This document shows, in pieces, positions 17,999 through 29,339 of a stretch of DNA of 64,000 bases. Origin of the DNA: an uncultured bacterium (GTDB lineage: Bacteria > Acidobacteriota > HRBIN11 > JAKEFK01); the NCBI GenBank assembly GCA_963777505.1, contig CAVZQN010000011.1, positions 96,001 through 160,000 on the forward strand, written 5' to 3'. The notes under the pieces were generated by a model. That model worked only from the letters and a program-made list of their open reading frames with translations, was not told the DNA's origin and did no database searches. The position numbers and the translations under genes are program-made. Position 1 is the stretch's first letter. Each line of letters opens with the position of its first letter.

Positions 17999-18289
17999 CT
18001 ATTGCTCAGCAATAAATCTGAACCGTTGTCCTGATTCAGCGCCATGAATACTCTTTAACAATCCTTTCAATATGTTTCCACCGATCTGTTTTGCATGTCC
18101 TAGATCAAGGGGAACTTCCTGCGAATCTACAAAGAGCCGCAAGTCATTTTCTTCCAACAAGAATTCGATACGCTTTCCATCAGCGGCCTTTAAGGACTTC
18201 GCTAATGCAAGAATAATGTTTCCAGTCAGGTTTGACATAAATGGATTCAATTTTACCGGCTTGTCGTCAACAGAAATGGAAACATTCAT
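17999..18289 (-). CDS. Small protein with two tandem copies of a MobB-C-terminal-like module
   Basis: Internal repeat ISVDDKPVKLNPFMSNLTGNIILALAKSL / LFVDSQEVPLDLGHAKQIGGNILKGLLKSI. Confidence 0.65.
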   Translation of the reverse strand: MNVSISVDDKPVKLNPFMSNLTGNIILALAKSLKAADGKRIEFLLEENDLRLFVDSQEVPLDLGHAKQIGGNILKGLLKSIHGAESGQRFRFIAEQ

Positions 18290-18372
18290 TCTTTGATTTT
18301 ATATCACTTGTGATTGAACAACGAGGCAGAGAATGCCCCGCTAACACGTCCGGTTTTCTGTTGGGCCCTGAT

Positions 18373-19671
18373 TCAGTTAAAACATGAGGAGCGATTAGAA
18401 TGAATTTCGGAATTTTTCTCTGAAGATATTACTGAAATCTCAACCGATTCCAGCTTTTGCAGATTCTTGAGCACTTCTGCCCAATCATCCGGATCCTCAT
18501 ACGTTAAACCATTTGCTTTTTTGTTACTAAAAAAATTCAAGATATCTTTTCTTAATTTCACGGTAAGACCTTCAAAATTCTTTCCGGCGAGCCTTTCGAC
18601 TAATTCTGCGTATGTTTTATCTGCGAGTTGATATTCACCAAATTGCGTTAGCTCTCCTGTATCGAGATTTCTGTTTTCCAATTCTAAGGTTCCATTTCTT
18701 ACTTGTTTCAGCAGAGTGCGATAACGCTTTACAGTGATGGCAAAACTTTCTAGAAACATCTTTTCTACTTCGGGTGTAGGTATTTTAACCGCGAGAGCTT
18801 TCAATGGGCCAATTTTAGGAACAATCTTGATAAAGAAGGTCAGGACCCTGGTACACAAACCAGGTTTTTTATATTCTTTTCCCCATTCTTTTTCGAAATC
18901 TTTCCGCGGCATGAAATAAAAGAATTCTGACTTCTTGATTCCGGGTCTGAGTTTCTGGATGTCATCCTCTTTTGATTTCCACGCGACCTTAGTCAATTCT
19001 GGAATTAAATCCCTGATTGCAAATCGAAAGGTGCCTTCAGCAAGATCAAAATTCGTCACAATATCTTTTAGCTCTAACGTATAAACTTCTGAAAATGATC
19101 TTTCGAGCAATTCTTCGCTCAGATTAAAACCGATAAAGTCATGGTACGACTCAGGTGCGTAATTGCCTGAAGCTACTTGAAGAACATCGAAACCGAATTC
19201 GGCTCTGATATGTGCGGAGGGCTTTTCGTCAAAAGTAATGATATCTCCATGCTTTTTTCGAAGTTTGGGAAATAGGACCGGCACAGCACGGTTTGTGGCC
19301 AGAGCATGACCAGAGGAGTCGGATGGATAATGTGAAAGAATCCCGAGAGCAAAAGCGTATTCATTCAAATTTTGTGATTTTCGAATCATTGTCTCTATGA
19401 ATTCCCCTGTTCTGACGTAATGAATCAAATCCGAAAACATTTTGTTTCCGAAAGGGTAATACCCCATATCCTGGATTAATGACCCTCCGTATGCATAGCT
19501 TCTTGCTTCCTGGAGTTGATCTGAAGTTGAACCCGGGTATCGCAGCAGTAGTAGAGGCTCTAAAGAGTCTTCCCAGACCGAATCGATGAGTGCCTCATGG
19601 GTGAGAACGGAATAGGCGAAGCCTCCGGAATGGCAGAGAAGTAACACACCTAGACCAAGGATAAGTTTCAC
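18373..19671 (-). CDS. Zinc-dependent phospholipase C family protein, secreted
   Basis: Signal peptide; YSVLTHEA, GSLIQDMGYYP, SDLIHY, LSHYPSD..GH, HIRAEFGFD. Confidence 0.8.
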   Translation of the reverse strand: MKLILGLGVLLLCHSGGFAYSVLTHEALIDSVWEDSLEPLLLLRYPGSTSDQLQEARSYAYGGSLIQDMGYYPFGNKMFSDLIHYVRTGEFIETMIRKSQNLNEYAFALGILSHYPSDSSGHALATNRAVPVLFPKLRKKHGDIITFDEKPSAHIRAEFGFDVLQVASGNYAPESYHDFIGFNLSEELLERSFSEVYTLELKDIVTNFDLAEGTFRFAIRDLIPELTKVAWKSKEDDIQKLRPGIKKSEFFYFMPRKDFEKEWGKEYKKPGLCTRVLTFFIKIVPKIGPLKALAVKIPTPEVEKMFLESFAITVKRYRTLLKQVRNGTLELENRNLDTGELTQFGEYQLADKTYAELVERLAGKNFEGLTVKLRKDILNFFSNKKANGLTYEDPDDWAEVLKNLQKLESVEISVISSEKNSEIHSNRSSCFN

Positions 19672-19722
19672 AACAGGAAACTATTCTGAAACATCCGGAA
19701 ATCAAGCACCCGAAACTGTAAC

Positions 19723-19760
19723 CTTTCAAAAATGTAATGTTGCCGGAAGAGGTTTGTAAT
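19723..19760 (+). promoter_or_regulatory. Putative CusR/CopR-type response regulator binding site
   Basis: CTTTCAAAAATGTAAT (19723-19738) plus a second TGTAAT 22 bp downstream, upstream of a gene linked to an OmpR-family two-component system. Confidence 0.4.
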
Positions 19761-19805
19761 GGTTGATGAATTATGTTTGGAGAGTTAGTTGAAGGAGAAA
19801 ACACC

Positions 19806-20513
19806 ATGAAAATAGTTGCCTTAGTTTTAGTGCTTTTCTTATTTGTTCCAGTGATTCTATTTGCACACTCTCCAGGATTTACGCAACAATTCTTTACTGA
19901 GCGATGTAATTTTTCTTCCACAGGAAGAAATCCTTATTTTATTCTTGAACCTGGATATGAATTAGTCCTTGAAGGTGACGATGAAGGTGAAGAAGTGAGG
20001 GTAGTGATTACAGTTCTGGATGAGACCAAAGTAGTAAATGGTGTCGAGACGAGAGTCGTTCGGGAAAGAGAAACGATCGATGGCGAGCTTGTTGAAATAT
20101 CAAGGAATTATTTTGCGATATGCAGACCGTCGAACAGTGTGTTTTATTTTGGTGAGGATGTAAATATATATGAGAACGGCGTAATCGTTTCCCACGAAGG
20201 TGCCTGGCTTGCAGGAGTCAATGAAGCCAGAGAAGGTATGATTATGCCAGGTACTGTCTTGATTGGAGCCCGGTATTTTCAAGAAATTGCGCCGGAAATA
20301 GCATTGGATAGAGCGGAAGTTGTTAAGCTAGATGCAACGGTGGAGACTCCTTTCAGAACTTTTACAAATGCTTTATTTACAAGGGAAACAACACCACTTG
20401 AACCGGGCAGTACTTCACTTAAGTATTACGCTCCCGGAATAGGTCTTATAAAGGATGGCCCCGTTGAACTTGTAAGGATTAACACTTCAACCGCTGAGTT
20501 CTATGGTGACTAA
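19806..20513 (+). CDS. Exported hypothetical protein
   Basis: SD GAAGGAG, signal peptide MKIVALVLVLFLFVPVILFA; NPYFILEPG, VFYFGEDV, KYYAPGIGLI. Confidence 0.75.
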   Translation: MKIVALVLVLFLFVPVILFAHSPGFTQQFFTERCNFSSTGRNPYFILEPGYELVLEGDDEGEEVRVVITVLDETKVVNGVETRVVRERETIDGELVEISRNYFAICRPSNSVFYFGEDVNIYENGVIVSHEGAWLAGVNEAREGMIMPGTVLIGARYFQEIAPEIALDRAEVVKLDATVETPFRTFTNALFTRETTPLEPGSTSLKYYAPGIGLIKDGPVELVRINTSTAEFYGD

Positions 20514-20560
20514 TTTTGATCGCAATGGCGTTAATTTTTCTGATTAGGTCGTATTAATCC

Positions 20561-21235
20561 ATGAGAATTTTGGTAGTGGAGGATGATGAAAAGATTGCAT
20601 TGTTCATAGTGAAAGGTTTACAGCAGGCCGGCATGGTTGTTGATCGAGTTTCCGATGGACTTGAGGGATTCAACTATGCAACATCCGGAAATTACGATGC
20701 CGCTGTAGTTGATATCATGCTTCCACAAATGGATGGATTAAATATGATCCGCCGGATGCGAGAGAAGAAAATTAAAACACCTGTCATCATTCTTAGCGCA
20801 AGACGTTCGGTTGATGACAGAGTCACTGGACTGCAATCTGGTGGAGACGACTATCTTGTAAAGCCTTTTGCGTTTTCTGAATTACTCGCACGTGTGCAAG
20901 CTTTGATTCGGCGTAGCAGTAATGTTCCGGAGACGCATGCGCTTTCTGTTGGTGATTTGAATTTGGATCTGCTGACTCGCGAAGTGAAACGTGGTAAGAC
21001 TAACATTGAACTTCAGCCTCGCGAATATTCATTGCTTGAATATTTGATGCGAAACTCCGGCCGCGTAGTCTCGAAAACCATGATCCTGGAACAGGTTTGG
21101 GATTACAGTTTTGATCCTCAAACAAATGTGGTGGACGTTCTTGTATGCCGGCTCAGAAATAAAATTGACAAGGATTTCGATGAAAAGTTGATTCATACAA
21201 TCCGGGGCGTTGGATATGTCCTTAAGAAATCTTAG
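20561..21235 (+). CDS. OmpR-family response regulator (CusR/CzcR-like)
   Basis: MRILVVEDD, DIMLP, DDYLVKPF, winged helix TNVVDV...IHTIRGVGY. Confidence 0.92.
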   Translation: MRILVVEDDEKIALFIVKGLQQAGMVVDRVSDGLEGFNYATSGNYDAAVVDIMLPQMDGLNMIRRMREKKIKTPVIILSARRSVDDRVTGLQSGGDDYLVKPFAFSELLARVQALIRRSSNVPETHALSVGDLNLDLLTREVKRGKTNIELQPREYSLLEYLMRNSGRVVSKTMILEQVWDYSFDPQTNVVDVLVCRLRNKIDKDFDEKLIHTIRGVGYVLKKS

Positions 21236-22637
21236 CCGTGCTTCGAAGAAAATCGGATTCCAGATTTCTATTCGTTACACCACAATATTAATTCTCTGCG
21301 CGCTTCTCATGTTTCTTGCATCTCACTTTACTCTTTCCGCAATTTTTGCTGATAAAGATAAAAAGTCGATTCAGCATACGATTGGTGTACTTTCAAAGAT
21401 CTATGAGAGAGAGGGACTGGATGCTGTCAAAAATGAAGTAGCCCGGACAAGAAAGGAAGATCTTCGTAAGAATTTTTTTGTTCGAGTTGCGTCACGCGAT
21501 AATTCTACATTGTATTCAACGGATCCTGCCGAGTTCGAAGATTTTGATGTTGAGACTGCTGTGAGCGAGGCAATTCCTGTGAATGGATGGGTCACGTTGA
21601 CAGAAAAAACTCCTGTAGATGAGATTGAGATTCTGAAGAAGTCAGAAATTCTTGAAATTGCGACCAGAAAAATGGCCGATGGATCCTTTCTTCAGGTAGG
21701 AAAAACTTCGGAATACAGGGAAGATTTTATGGGAAGCTTTCGGTGGATTCTGGCGCTTGCGATGATTCCGCTTGTTCTGGGTGCCAGTGCGTTGCTGTCC
21801 TTCCGAACTCTTCGTCCGGTTCAGTCATTGATTTCAACGCTTAAGGAAATTGAACGCGGGAAAATGGAAACACGTGTTCCTGTGACAGGTAGCGGAGATG
21901 AACTTGATGAACTCGCGAAACTTTTTAACAACATGCTGGAACGCATAGAGACTCTGATCTTAGGAATGCGAAGTTCGCTCGATAATGTAGCGCATGATTT
22001 AAGAACGCCGATTACACGATTTCGTGCGATCGCAGAATCTGCATTGCAGTCGGACCAGAACGGTAATTCTCACAGGGAAGCTTTGGCCGATTGTCTCGAA
22101 GAATCGGAAAGAATTGTCGCGATGCTGGACACCTTAATGGATATTTCCGAAGCCGAAACAGGATCGATGAGGCTCAATCTTGAAGTGATCGATGTCTTAA
22201 AGCTGATGCAGGAAACGGTAGATCTCTATCGATACGTCGCGGAGGATAAACAAATTTCAATCAACGTCAGTTGTGATGAACAGATCAAAATTAAAGCTGA
22301 CCGTAATCGCATGCGTCAGGTTCTTGCCAACCTGCTGGACAATGCAATTAAGTACACCGATGCGTACGGCAAAATCGAGTTGAGTGCTCAATCAATTTCT
22401 GGTGAGATCGTTATTCTTATCAAGGATACCGGTACAGGAATTCTAGTTGAAGAACTTCCCAGAATTTGGGAGCGTCTTTATCGCAGCGATGCAAGCCGTT
22501 CAAAACGAGGGCTTGGCTTAGGGCTCAGTCTTGTACGCGCGGTTGTTCATACCCATGGTGGACGTGTTGAAGCTCATAGCGAAGGCTTGGGATCTGGTTC
22601 AATGTTTATGATCAGCTTCCCAGAAGTCATTTTGTAG
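21210..22637 (+). CDS. HAMP sensor histidine kinase
   Basis: Two TM segments, HAMP, H-box VAHDLRTP, NLLDNAIKY, DTGTG, GLGLGL. Confidence 0.92.
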   Translation: MDMSLRNLSRASKKIGFQISIRYTTILILCALLMFLASHFTLSAIFADKDKKSIQHTIGVLSKIYEREGLDAVKNEVARTRKEDLRKNFFVRVASRDNSTLYSTDPAEFEDFDVETAVSEAIPVNGWVTLTEKTPVDEIEILKKSEILEIATRKMADGSFLQVGKTSEYREDFMGSFRWILALAMIPLVLGASALLSFRTLRPVQSLISTLKEIERGKMETRVPVTGSGDELDELAKLFNNMLERIETLILGMRSSLDNVAHDLRTPITRFRAIAESALQSDQNGNSHREALADCLEESERIVAMLDTLMDISEAETGSMRLNLEVIDVLKLMQETVDLYRYVAEDKQISINVSCDEQIKIKADRNRMRQVLANLLDNAIKYTDAYGKIELSAQSISGEIVILIKDTGTGILVEELPRIWERLYRSDASRSKRGLGLGLSLVRAVVHTHGGRVEAHSEGLGSGSMFMISFPEVIL

Positions 22638-22738
22638 TAAGGCACGCAGCGGAGCGCATGCGACGCAGTGCCGTCAAACCATTTTATAGGAACGGTACTG
22701 CCTCATCCGCCTTCGGCGGATTCGCCTGCGTACCTAAC
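22637..22738. repeat. Intergenic inverted-repeat element between convergent genes
   Basis: GTAAGGCACGCAG...CTGCGTACCTAAC with an internal ATCCGCC-TTCG-GCGGAT hairpin. Confidence 0.55.
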
Positions 22739-25700
22739 TACAAACTTTTTAGTTCGCGCAAGTCTGCCGCATATCTTCGTGACAGGCCAGGATTCAGGCG
22801 AAGCGCTTCCTGAAACGATTCTTCAGCGGATCGAGCGATGGTTCGTTTTTCCGATTCTGTGCGGGATGCTTTTGCTTTAAGAACCAAAAGTTTGCCTTTG
22901 AGAATATGGCCATTCGCTGCGCGTGGATTTTCAGCAAGCATTGTCTCTGTACTCTTCAGTCCGCGCTGTATTTCTTCCAGAGCCAGCTTTTGTTGGCCTT
23001 GAGCAATTTTCCAGCGCTGCTGAAGCGGCTTCGATTTCTGCTTTCGCGGCATGAACCTCCGGCATTGTCGGAGCGAGTTCATCCGCTTTCTTTAGCGCCT
23101 CACGTGCACCTTCAAGATAGGATGACGGATCACGTTTGCTTGCGGTTTCGTATTCAGCTTGAATCGAATACGCGTTCGCTTGTCTGATAAATCCATCAAC
23201 ATTTTGAGGGTTTACTTCGGTCCCTTTTTTTAAGTGTTTTATCGCATCATTCAAGAACGACGTCGGATCGGCACCTTTATCAATTTCACACAACGCTTGA
23301 AGTTTGTAAGTTTCGCCAAGAGTATTGTAGGCAAGAAAAAAATTAGAATTAAGTTCGATGGATTTATTTAAGCCGGCTCTTGATAATTCAATGAGTGGCT
23401 TTGGATCATTGCCTTTCTCGTATTCGGCTTGCGCTTTTTCAAAATAGATTTCGCCTAAATTGCTGTAGCCGGTTTCATAGCGTGGATCGAGCCGAACCGC
23501 TTCCTTAAATTCATGAATGGCTTCATCTTGAAGCTTGCTAGTGTCTCTTCCCATTTGTTTTTCGTAAGAAGCTTTTTGTGCGAGCGATGTTGCGAGATTA
23601 TTATGAAAGCCTGCATTGGCAAGATCCAAATTCAAGGCTTGCCTATAAGTCTCAATCGCTTGATCAAACGACGGGCCTGCATCCTGTCCGGTTTCCATTT
23701 TGTATGCGCCGAGCCTTGTATAAGCCACCGCCATATTGTTATACGCCGCAAAACGAACCCATTCCCATTTCAAGTGAACTTTTTGCAGCTTGAATGGCTT
23801 CATTGAAATAAAATGTTGGATCGAGTCCGCGGCCCATTTGATACATTCCCCAATTGCTCATCAGTGCACATTTGGCAATATACGCTTCGGGTCTGTCTGG
23901 ATTTACCTTGAGCGAATTGTTACAAGCTTCAACTGACTTTTTCAGTATTTGTTCGTCAGGAACACCAGTCGAATAGATCATCAACGTAGTCCAATCGTAT
24001 CCAAGCGCGCATAGGCTTCCGTAACCAAGAGCATAACTTGAGCCTTTCCGAAGTGCTTCATGATATGCAGTCTCAGCTTTTTCATAATGATCGATTGCTT
24101 TTTTCGTATCCCCGACTTCACGGCTTTCATTTGCCATAGCCCGCAAAATATCTGCTTCAAGTTTTTTTGCTTCGAAAAACCATGGCTGCCGCTGAAATGC
24201 GATTTGAGTTTTTTGCAGCGCCTCCGAATAGCGCTTATCAAGAAAACAAATTAAGCCTTCAACAAACTCAGGCGCTTCAATCGCAGAACTTCCTTCATTG
24301 ATTAACTGGAGCGCCGGTTGTTTGAATTCTTTATCGATTTCGGCTTTCTTCTGCTCTTTTGCTTGTTTATCAGGAATTCGATTCGCGCGGTCTATTTCTC
24401 TCGGATACATCAGACCCAATGTGAGTCCAAGTGCAAACGCAACGCGGGGAATACGATACTCGCTCCATGCTTTTTCAAGATGTGTTCTTGCTTCCGGATA
24501 GCGGTACAACGCCATGTAACCTCGACCCATCGCAAAGTTGCCAGGACCTTCGGCTGCACCTCCTGCTTCTTGAATGCGTTTTTCAATTGCGCTCAATCGT
24601 TGTTCAACAACAGCTTCTTCTTTGCGAATATCATGAAGCGGTTCGGTGTAGGCATGGCGGGCTGTATCTTCCATGTATCTGATTTCTTGCTCAAATTCAT
24701 TCGCGAGTTTTGCTTGTGATTGCGCTCGCAGCCAGGTCCATGCTGCAAACAATGCGATTGTGATAACGGCTACAAACGCTGCAGCAAGCAAGCCTGAAAT
24801 GATTGGATATTTCTTAACGCGTTTATACGCACGATGGCTCCAAGTTACCGGACGTGCGAGGATTGGTTCGCCTTCCAAAAATCGATTGAGATCTTGAGCT
24901 AGAGCTGCTGCGGTTTCATATCGTCTTGATGGTTCCTTTTGAAGACACTTCTGTACAATCGTTTCAAGTTCAACAGGAATTTGCGGATTATGATAGCGAA
25001 CCGGTTTTGCTTCTTCGTTGATTACCTTTACAAGAACATCAAGGGAGTTGTCGCCTTCAAAAGGAGGTTTACCTGCCAAAAATTCGTAAAGCGTTGCTCC
25101 AAGCGCATGAATATCGCATCGTGCATCCAGTATCCGAACATCTCCACGGGCTTGTTCCGGTGCCATATACCATGCGGTACCCATCACCATCCCCGTGGAT
25201 GTCATTCCAGGCGTAGTTAATTCCCGCGCGAGACCAAAGTCAGTAACGTACGGAACCAGCTCACCCGAGTCTGTAGGTGCTACTAATATGTTCGTAGGTT
25301 TAATGTCGCGGTGAATAACACCCATCTGATGAGCTGCGTGAACTGCTTCGGAAACATAAATCATGATTTGAACTTTTTGTTTAAGAGATAATCGCGATAC
25401 ATTCTCCACCATCGTCTTTCCGGTAACGAGCTGCATGGCAATGTACTGCTTGCCGTAAATTTCTCCGACTTCATAGACTTTGCAAATGTGGGGATGTTCC
25501 ATTCGACCCTGGACGCGCGCTTCAAGCAAGAATCTCTTACTCCAGATGGGGATCATTAACGTGTAGAAACTTCAATGCCACCTGGCGCTGTAGTTCAAGA
25601 TCTATAGCCTTATAAACTGTTCCCATTCCGCCACGGCCAATCAATTCAACGATTTGATACCGTTTAACAAGAACATCGCCAGGATTGAATTCTTCAGTAT

Positions 25701-25935
25701 GGACTCCCGGTCCGATTCCTTGAGTTGCATCCGGAGCGGCGCCTTTTGTGAGAATTCCTTGCTTTGAATTTTCTGTCGCAAGCAATTCATTGATCTCTGT
25801 ACGCAATTCGACATCAGAGCCGCATGCTTCTTTTAAATAAGTTTCACGTTCAGATGGATCTTTTTCTCTTGCTTCGTGGAAGATTTCCCAAAGACGATCC
25901 CAGCGTTCTTGATTGCTGTTCTCTGAAGAACTCAT
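22738..25935 (-). CDS. Membrane Ser/Thr protein kinase with TPR repeats, split into 4 ORFs by indels near 25545, 23770 and 23000
   Basis: [37 protein letters not shown], a TM helix and TPRs; N-terminal RWDRLWEIF...ACGSDVELR typical of ECF-linked kinases. Confidence 0.88.
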
Positions 25936-26516
25936 TTTGATCCGCTATTTTTCTGCATTTCGCGGTATAGCCATGCGCGAGCTGCGGCCCATTGTCGATC
26001 AATCGTACGTGGCGCAATATTTAACATCTCTGCCGTTTCTTGAACGGTTAAACCAACGAAAAAACGCAATTTAAGAACATCACTCATTTCTTTATCATGC
26101 TTTTCTAGACGGCTTAAAGCTTCATCCAGCACAAGAAGTTCTTCGTCTTTGGGCTCTTGAATCATTAGAGTTTCGTCCAGATCGATTCTTTGCATGTTGC
26201 CTTGTCTTTTATTACGGCTTTTTCGTCTTGCATGTTCAATAAGGATCCGCCGCATGGCTTCTGCTGCGGCAGTAAAGAAATGAGCTTTATTTTGGAAACG
26301 GGATCCTTCATCCGCCATTAAGCGGATGTAAGCTTCATGAACGAGTGCGGTTGCCTGGAGTGTATGACCGGGTGACTCTCGCGCCATTTGACTCCGCGCC
26401 ATCTTTCGCAATTCATTGTAAACAAGTGTAAACAAATCCTGAGATGCTTCGATGTCGCCTTTATTGATGAGATCAAGAATCCTGGTGATTTTGTGAGACG
26501 CGGACGACCTTTCCAT
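25932..26516 (-). CDS. ECF sigma factor (TIGR02999-like, kinase-associated)
   Basis: [44 protein letters not shown]...W..ARAWL; overlaps the kinase start (ATGA). Confidence 0.9.
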   Translation of the reverse strand: MERSSASHKITRILDLINKGDIEASQDLFTLVYNELRKMARSQMARESPGHTLQATALVHEAYIRLMADEGSRFQNKAHFFTAAAEAMRRILIEHARRKSRNKRQGNMQRIDLDETLMIQEPKDEELLVLDEALSRLEKHDKEMSDVLKLRFFVGLTVQETAEMLNIAPRTIDRQWAAARAWLYREMQKNSGSK

Positions 26517-26574
26517 CTACTTCCCCTGATTCAAATATTATGGCATGAATGAGTAGCGAAACTTACAGATGGTG

Positions 26575-26647
26575 GTAGGGGCGACCCTTGTGGTCGCCCT
26601 ATATCCGTGAACAGGATTCGCAGGGCGGCCACAAGGGCCGCCCCTAC
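26575..26647. repeat. GTAG-type REP doublet
   Basis: GTAGGGGCGACCCTTGTGGTCGCCC ... GGGCGGCCACAAGGGCCGCCCCTAC. Confidence 0.85.
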
Positions 26648-28324
26648 TAAAACGTTATACGGATGTTTGCCCCGGGCTGATCGGTGAGAATATCTAACTT
26701 TCCGTCAATTTGTCTTACAAGTAAGTTAATCAACTTCCAACCAAGCGTTTTTGATTTTTCCAGCAGCTCTGTCGGCGGCAATCCGCAGCCATAATCACGC
26801 GCTAGCAATTCGATCTGGCCGTCTTGTCTAGATAGAGATAATTCCAGAATTCCGTTAGTGACATCGTTATATGCGTATTTAAGCGAATTTGTCAGAATTT
26901 CGTTGAGGATCAAACCAATCGGAACCGCTTTACTCAACTCAACCGTGATTGCATCGCCATGGAAGATGAATTCAATTTTCTTGCTACGGCCGCAAGTGTG
27001 AATAATTTCAGTTGCAAGAACTTTAATATAGGAAGTCAGATTCAACCCACCAGACTCATGTTCGGCGAATAGATTTTCATGAATCAGATGCCATCGCTTT
27101 AATACGCCTTCTGCTTTCTTCAAGTATATTGATCGCTTCAGATTCGACTAAATGTTGTGATTGAAGGCCTAATAAGCTGATGATGACTTGAAGATTGTTC
27201 TTGACGCGATGATGAATCTCTTGCAGGAGTATTTCCTTTTCTAGAAGGGAAGATCGTATTTTTTCTTCAGCCTGTTTCCGTAAAGTGATGTCCGTTGAAA
27301 TTCCGCAAATCGCATATGGTTTTCCTTGCTTATCAAATAAGGGAACCTTGACCGAAATGTATGTGTGCGGACCATCTATCTGAGAGTTCGATTCTTCAAA
27401 TTCTATGGGAGTGAGGCGCTCCAAGACTATTGCATTGTTTTCAGCAAAAGTTTTGGCAACATCATTTGGAAACAATTCGTAGAGCGATTTTCCAATAAGT
27501 TCTTTTTTTGTTTTACCCAAAAGTGTTTCAAAACTCTGATTCGCAAGCAATATCTTGTTGGATGTATCAACGATATAAACAAGAGCGGTTGTATTATCGA
27601 GAACTGCATGGAGCCGGTCGTCAAGTACCTCTAAAGCTTCCTCGGCGTGTCTCCGGTTCGTTATGTCGGTGATTGTCAAAACGAATCCATTTTCTCGTCC
27701 ACTAATATCCTGTACATCATTAAGAGCCATGTGGAAACAGCGGCTCTCGATGTGAAAATCTTGAGAACTTCTTTTTGGTGAGAAGTCCAATGATTTTCTC
27801 TGCAACAAGTCATTAATATCCGGTGCTTTAAGGTCTTCCTCTTTAAGTTGAAGCATATTTTCAAATGCTTTGTTGTATCTAAGGACTTCTTTTTCTAAAC
27901 CAAGCAGGCAAATGCCATCACCAATTGAATCAAAAGTTGTTTGCCATTGAACTTCCGCCTTTTTTGCGCGTAAGAAAGCATTGATCGTGGAGGTGAGTAC
28001 TGCCGGTTCGACAGGGTGGATCAAATAAGCATCTGCGGATCCTGCTGCCAAAGTTGTTGCAGGGTAGTCATTTTGGCTCGCGGTTATGCGAAGAATTGGG
28101 ATTGATGACGTTTCGGGATCATTTTTTAATCTCCGGCAAACTTCCAACCCGCTGATATCCGGAAGTGTGAAATTTAACAAAACCAAATCAGGATGGTTCC
28201 GTGCAAGATCCAGCGCCGTTTCACCATTCGTCGCTTCCCAAACGTCAAAACCAGAACGCTTTAACGCATTGCCGATGTTGTCCCTTGAAGTCTCGTTTGC
28301 ATCTACATTCAAGATTAATGGCAT
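26647..28324 (-). CDS. REC-PAS-PAS HisKA_2 histidine kinase, frameshifted near 27090
   Basis: Receiver, PAS domains, LLQEIHHRVKNNLQ H-box; the second ORF carries LNEILTNSLKYA, DYGCG and TLGWKLI. Confidence 0.85.
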
Positions 28325-28499
28325 TTGTTCCGAAACTCCTCAGAGACATGATTTTCTCTACTTATAACCTCGGCTCAGAGGCGGTGTTTTTCAAGAGCAA
28401 TCTCACTTTTTATGGTCGAAAGGCGTGTTTTTTATCGGTTTGACGCATGTATCTGTAGTGGAAATGAAGTTGAGCTTGTACAGAAGGAGGTACAAAACA

Positions 28500-29330
28500 A
28501 TGGAATCACTAACGTTACCTGGTAAAAAACATCTTAGGAATTCACAAGTCCGATCGCCTTGAAAACATGATCAGAGTTGCAATTGATAAGAAATTAGCAG
28601 GAAATGCGGGGGTGGCGGGCCATCTTTATGATGTATTCGCACCGATCTCTTCCGGAACATTCAGTAATTTCGCAAATGGATTGTCGCCATTTGGTTTTGT
28701 GCGGCTACCGTTTCAATCAGACAAACATGAATCAGCATATCGCTGCATTGTTGGAACGTTACGGCAGCCGAAGTGATCTCATTAATAGTCTGGCAGTATC
28801 TCTAGGAAACAGTGCAGTGATTCCAAATTTGAACCTGGATCAACAACTTGGCCAGATTTCTCAGCAACTGTTGGGGTCGTTGCAGGTTCTGATTCAAGAT
28901 AAATTGAATGCCATGAACCCAGCGATGAATGTTCCGATGATGAAAAAGAAGAAGAAGAAAAAAGGTCTTGGCGGCAAGCTGAAGAAAATGAAAAAAGGAT
29001 TCAAGAAGATTCGGCAAGATGGCAAAAGGGATCACGAAAATGGGCAAAAGCTTATTTAAAGGTGTACTCAAAGGAGTTGGAGGAATCTTTAAAGGCGGAC
29101 TGCTAACGGGACTTACCGGATTTTTTCAACTTGGTGGCGGACTCTTTGGCGGTCTTGCCGGCGGCCCAATCGGCTCAAAAATGCTCGGTCAGATTGCGGG
29201 GAAAAAAGGTGGCGCTAAGTTTTTTCAGATCTTCGGACAGATGAGCAAAATGTTTGGCGTCATTGGAAATATTCACAACGGCATGAACCAGTTCAATCTT
29301 CAAAACCTTTCCAAAATGATCCGCATATAA
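28500..29330 (+). CDS. Lys/Gly-rich low-complexity orphan protein, reconstructed across about 3 indels
   Basis: Strong SD AGGAGG at 28485; ORFs 28567, 28604 and 29019 join into one plausible product ending ...NLQNLSKMIRI*. Confidence 0.55.
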
Positions 29331-29339
29331 AATCGCGAT

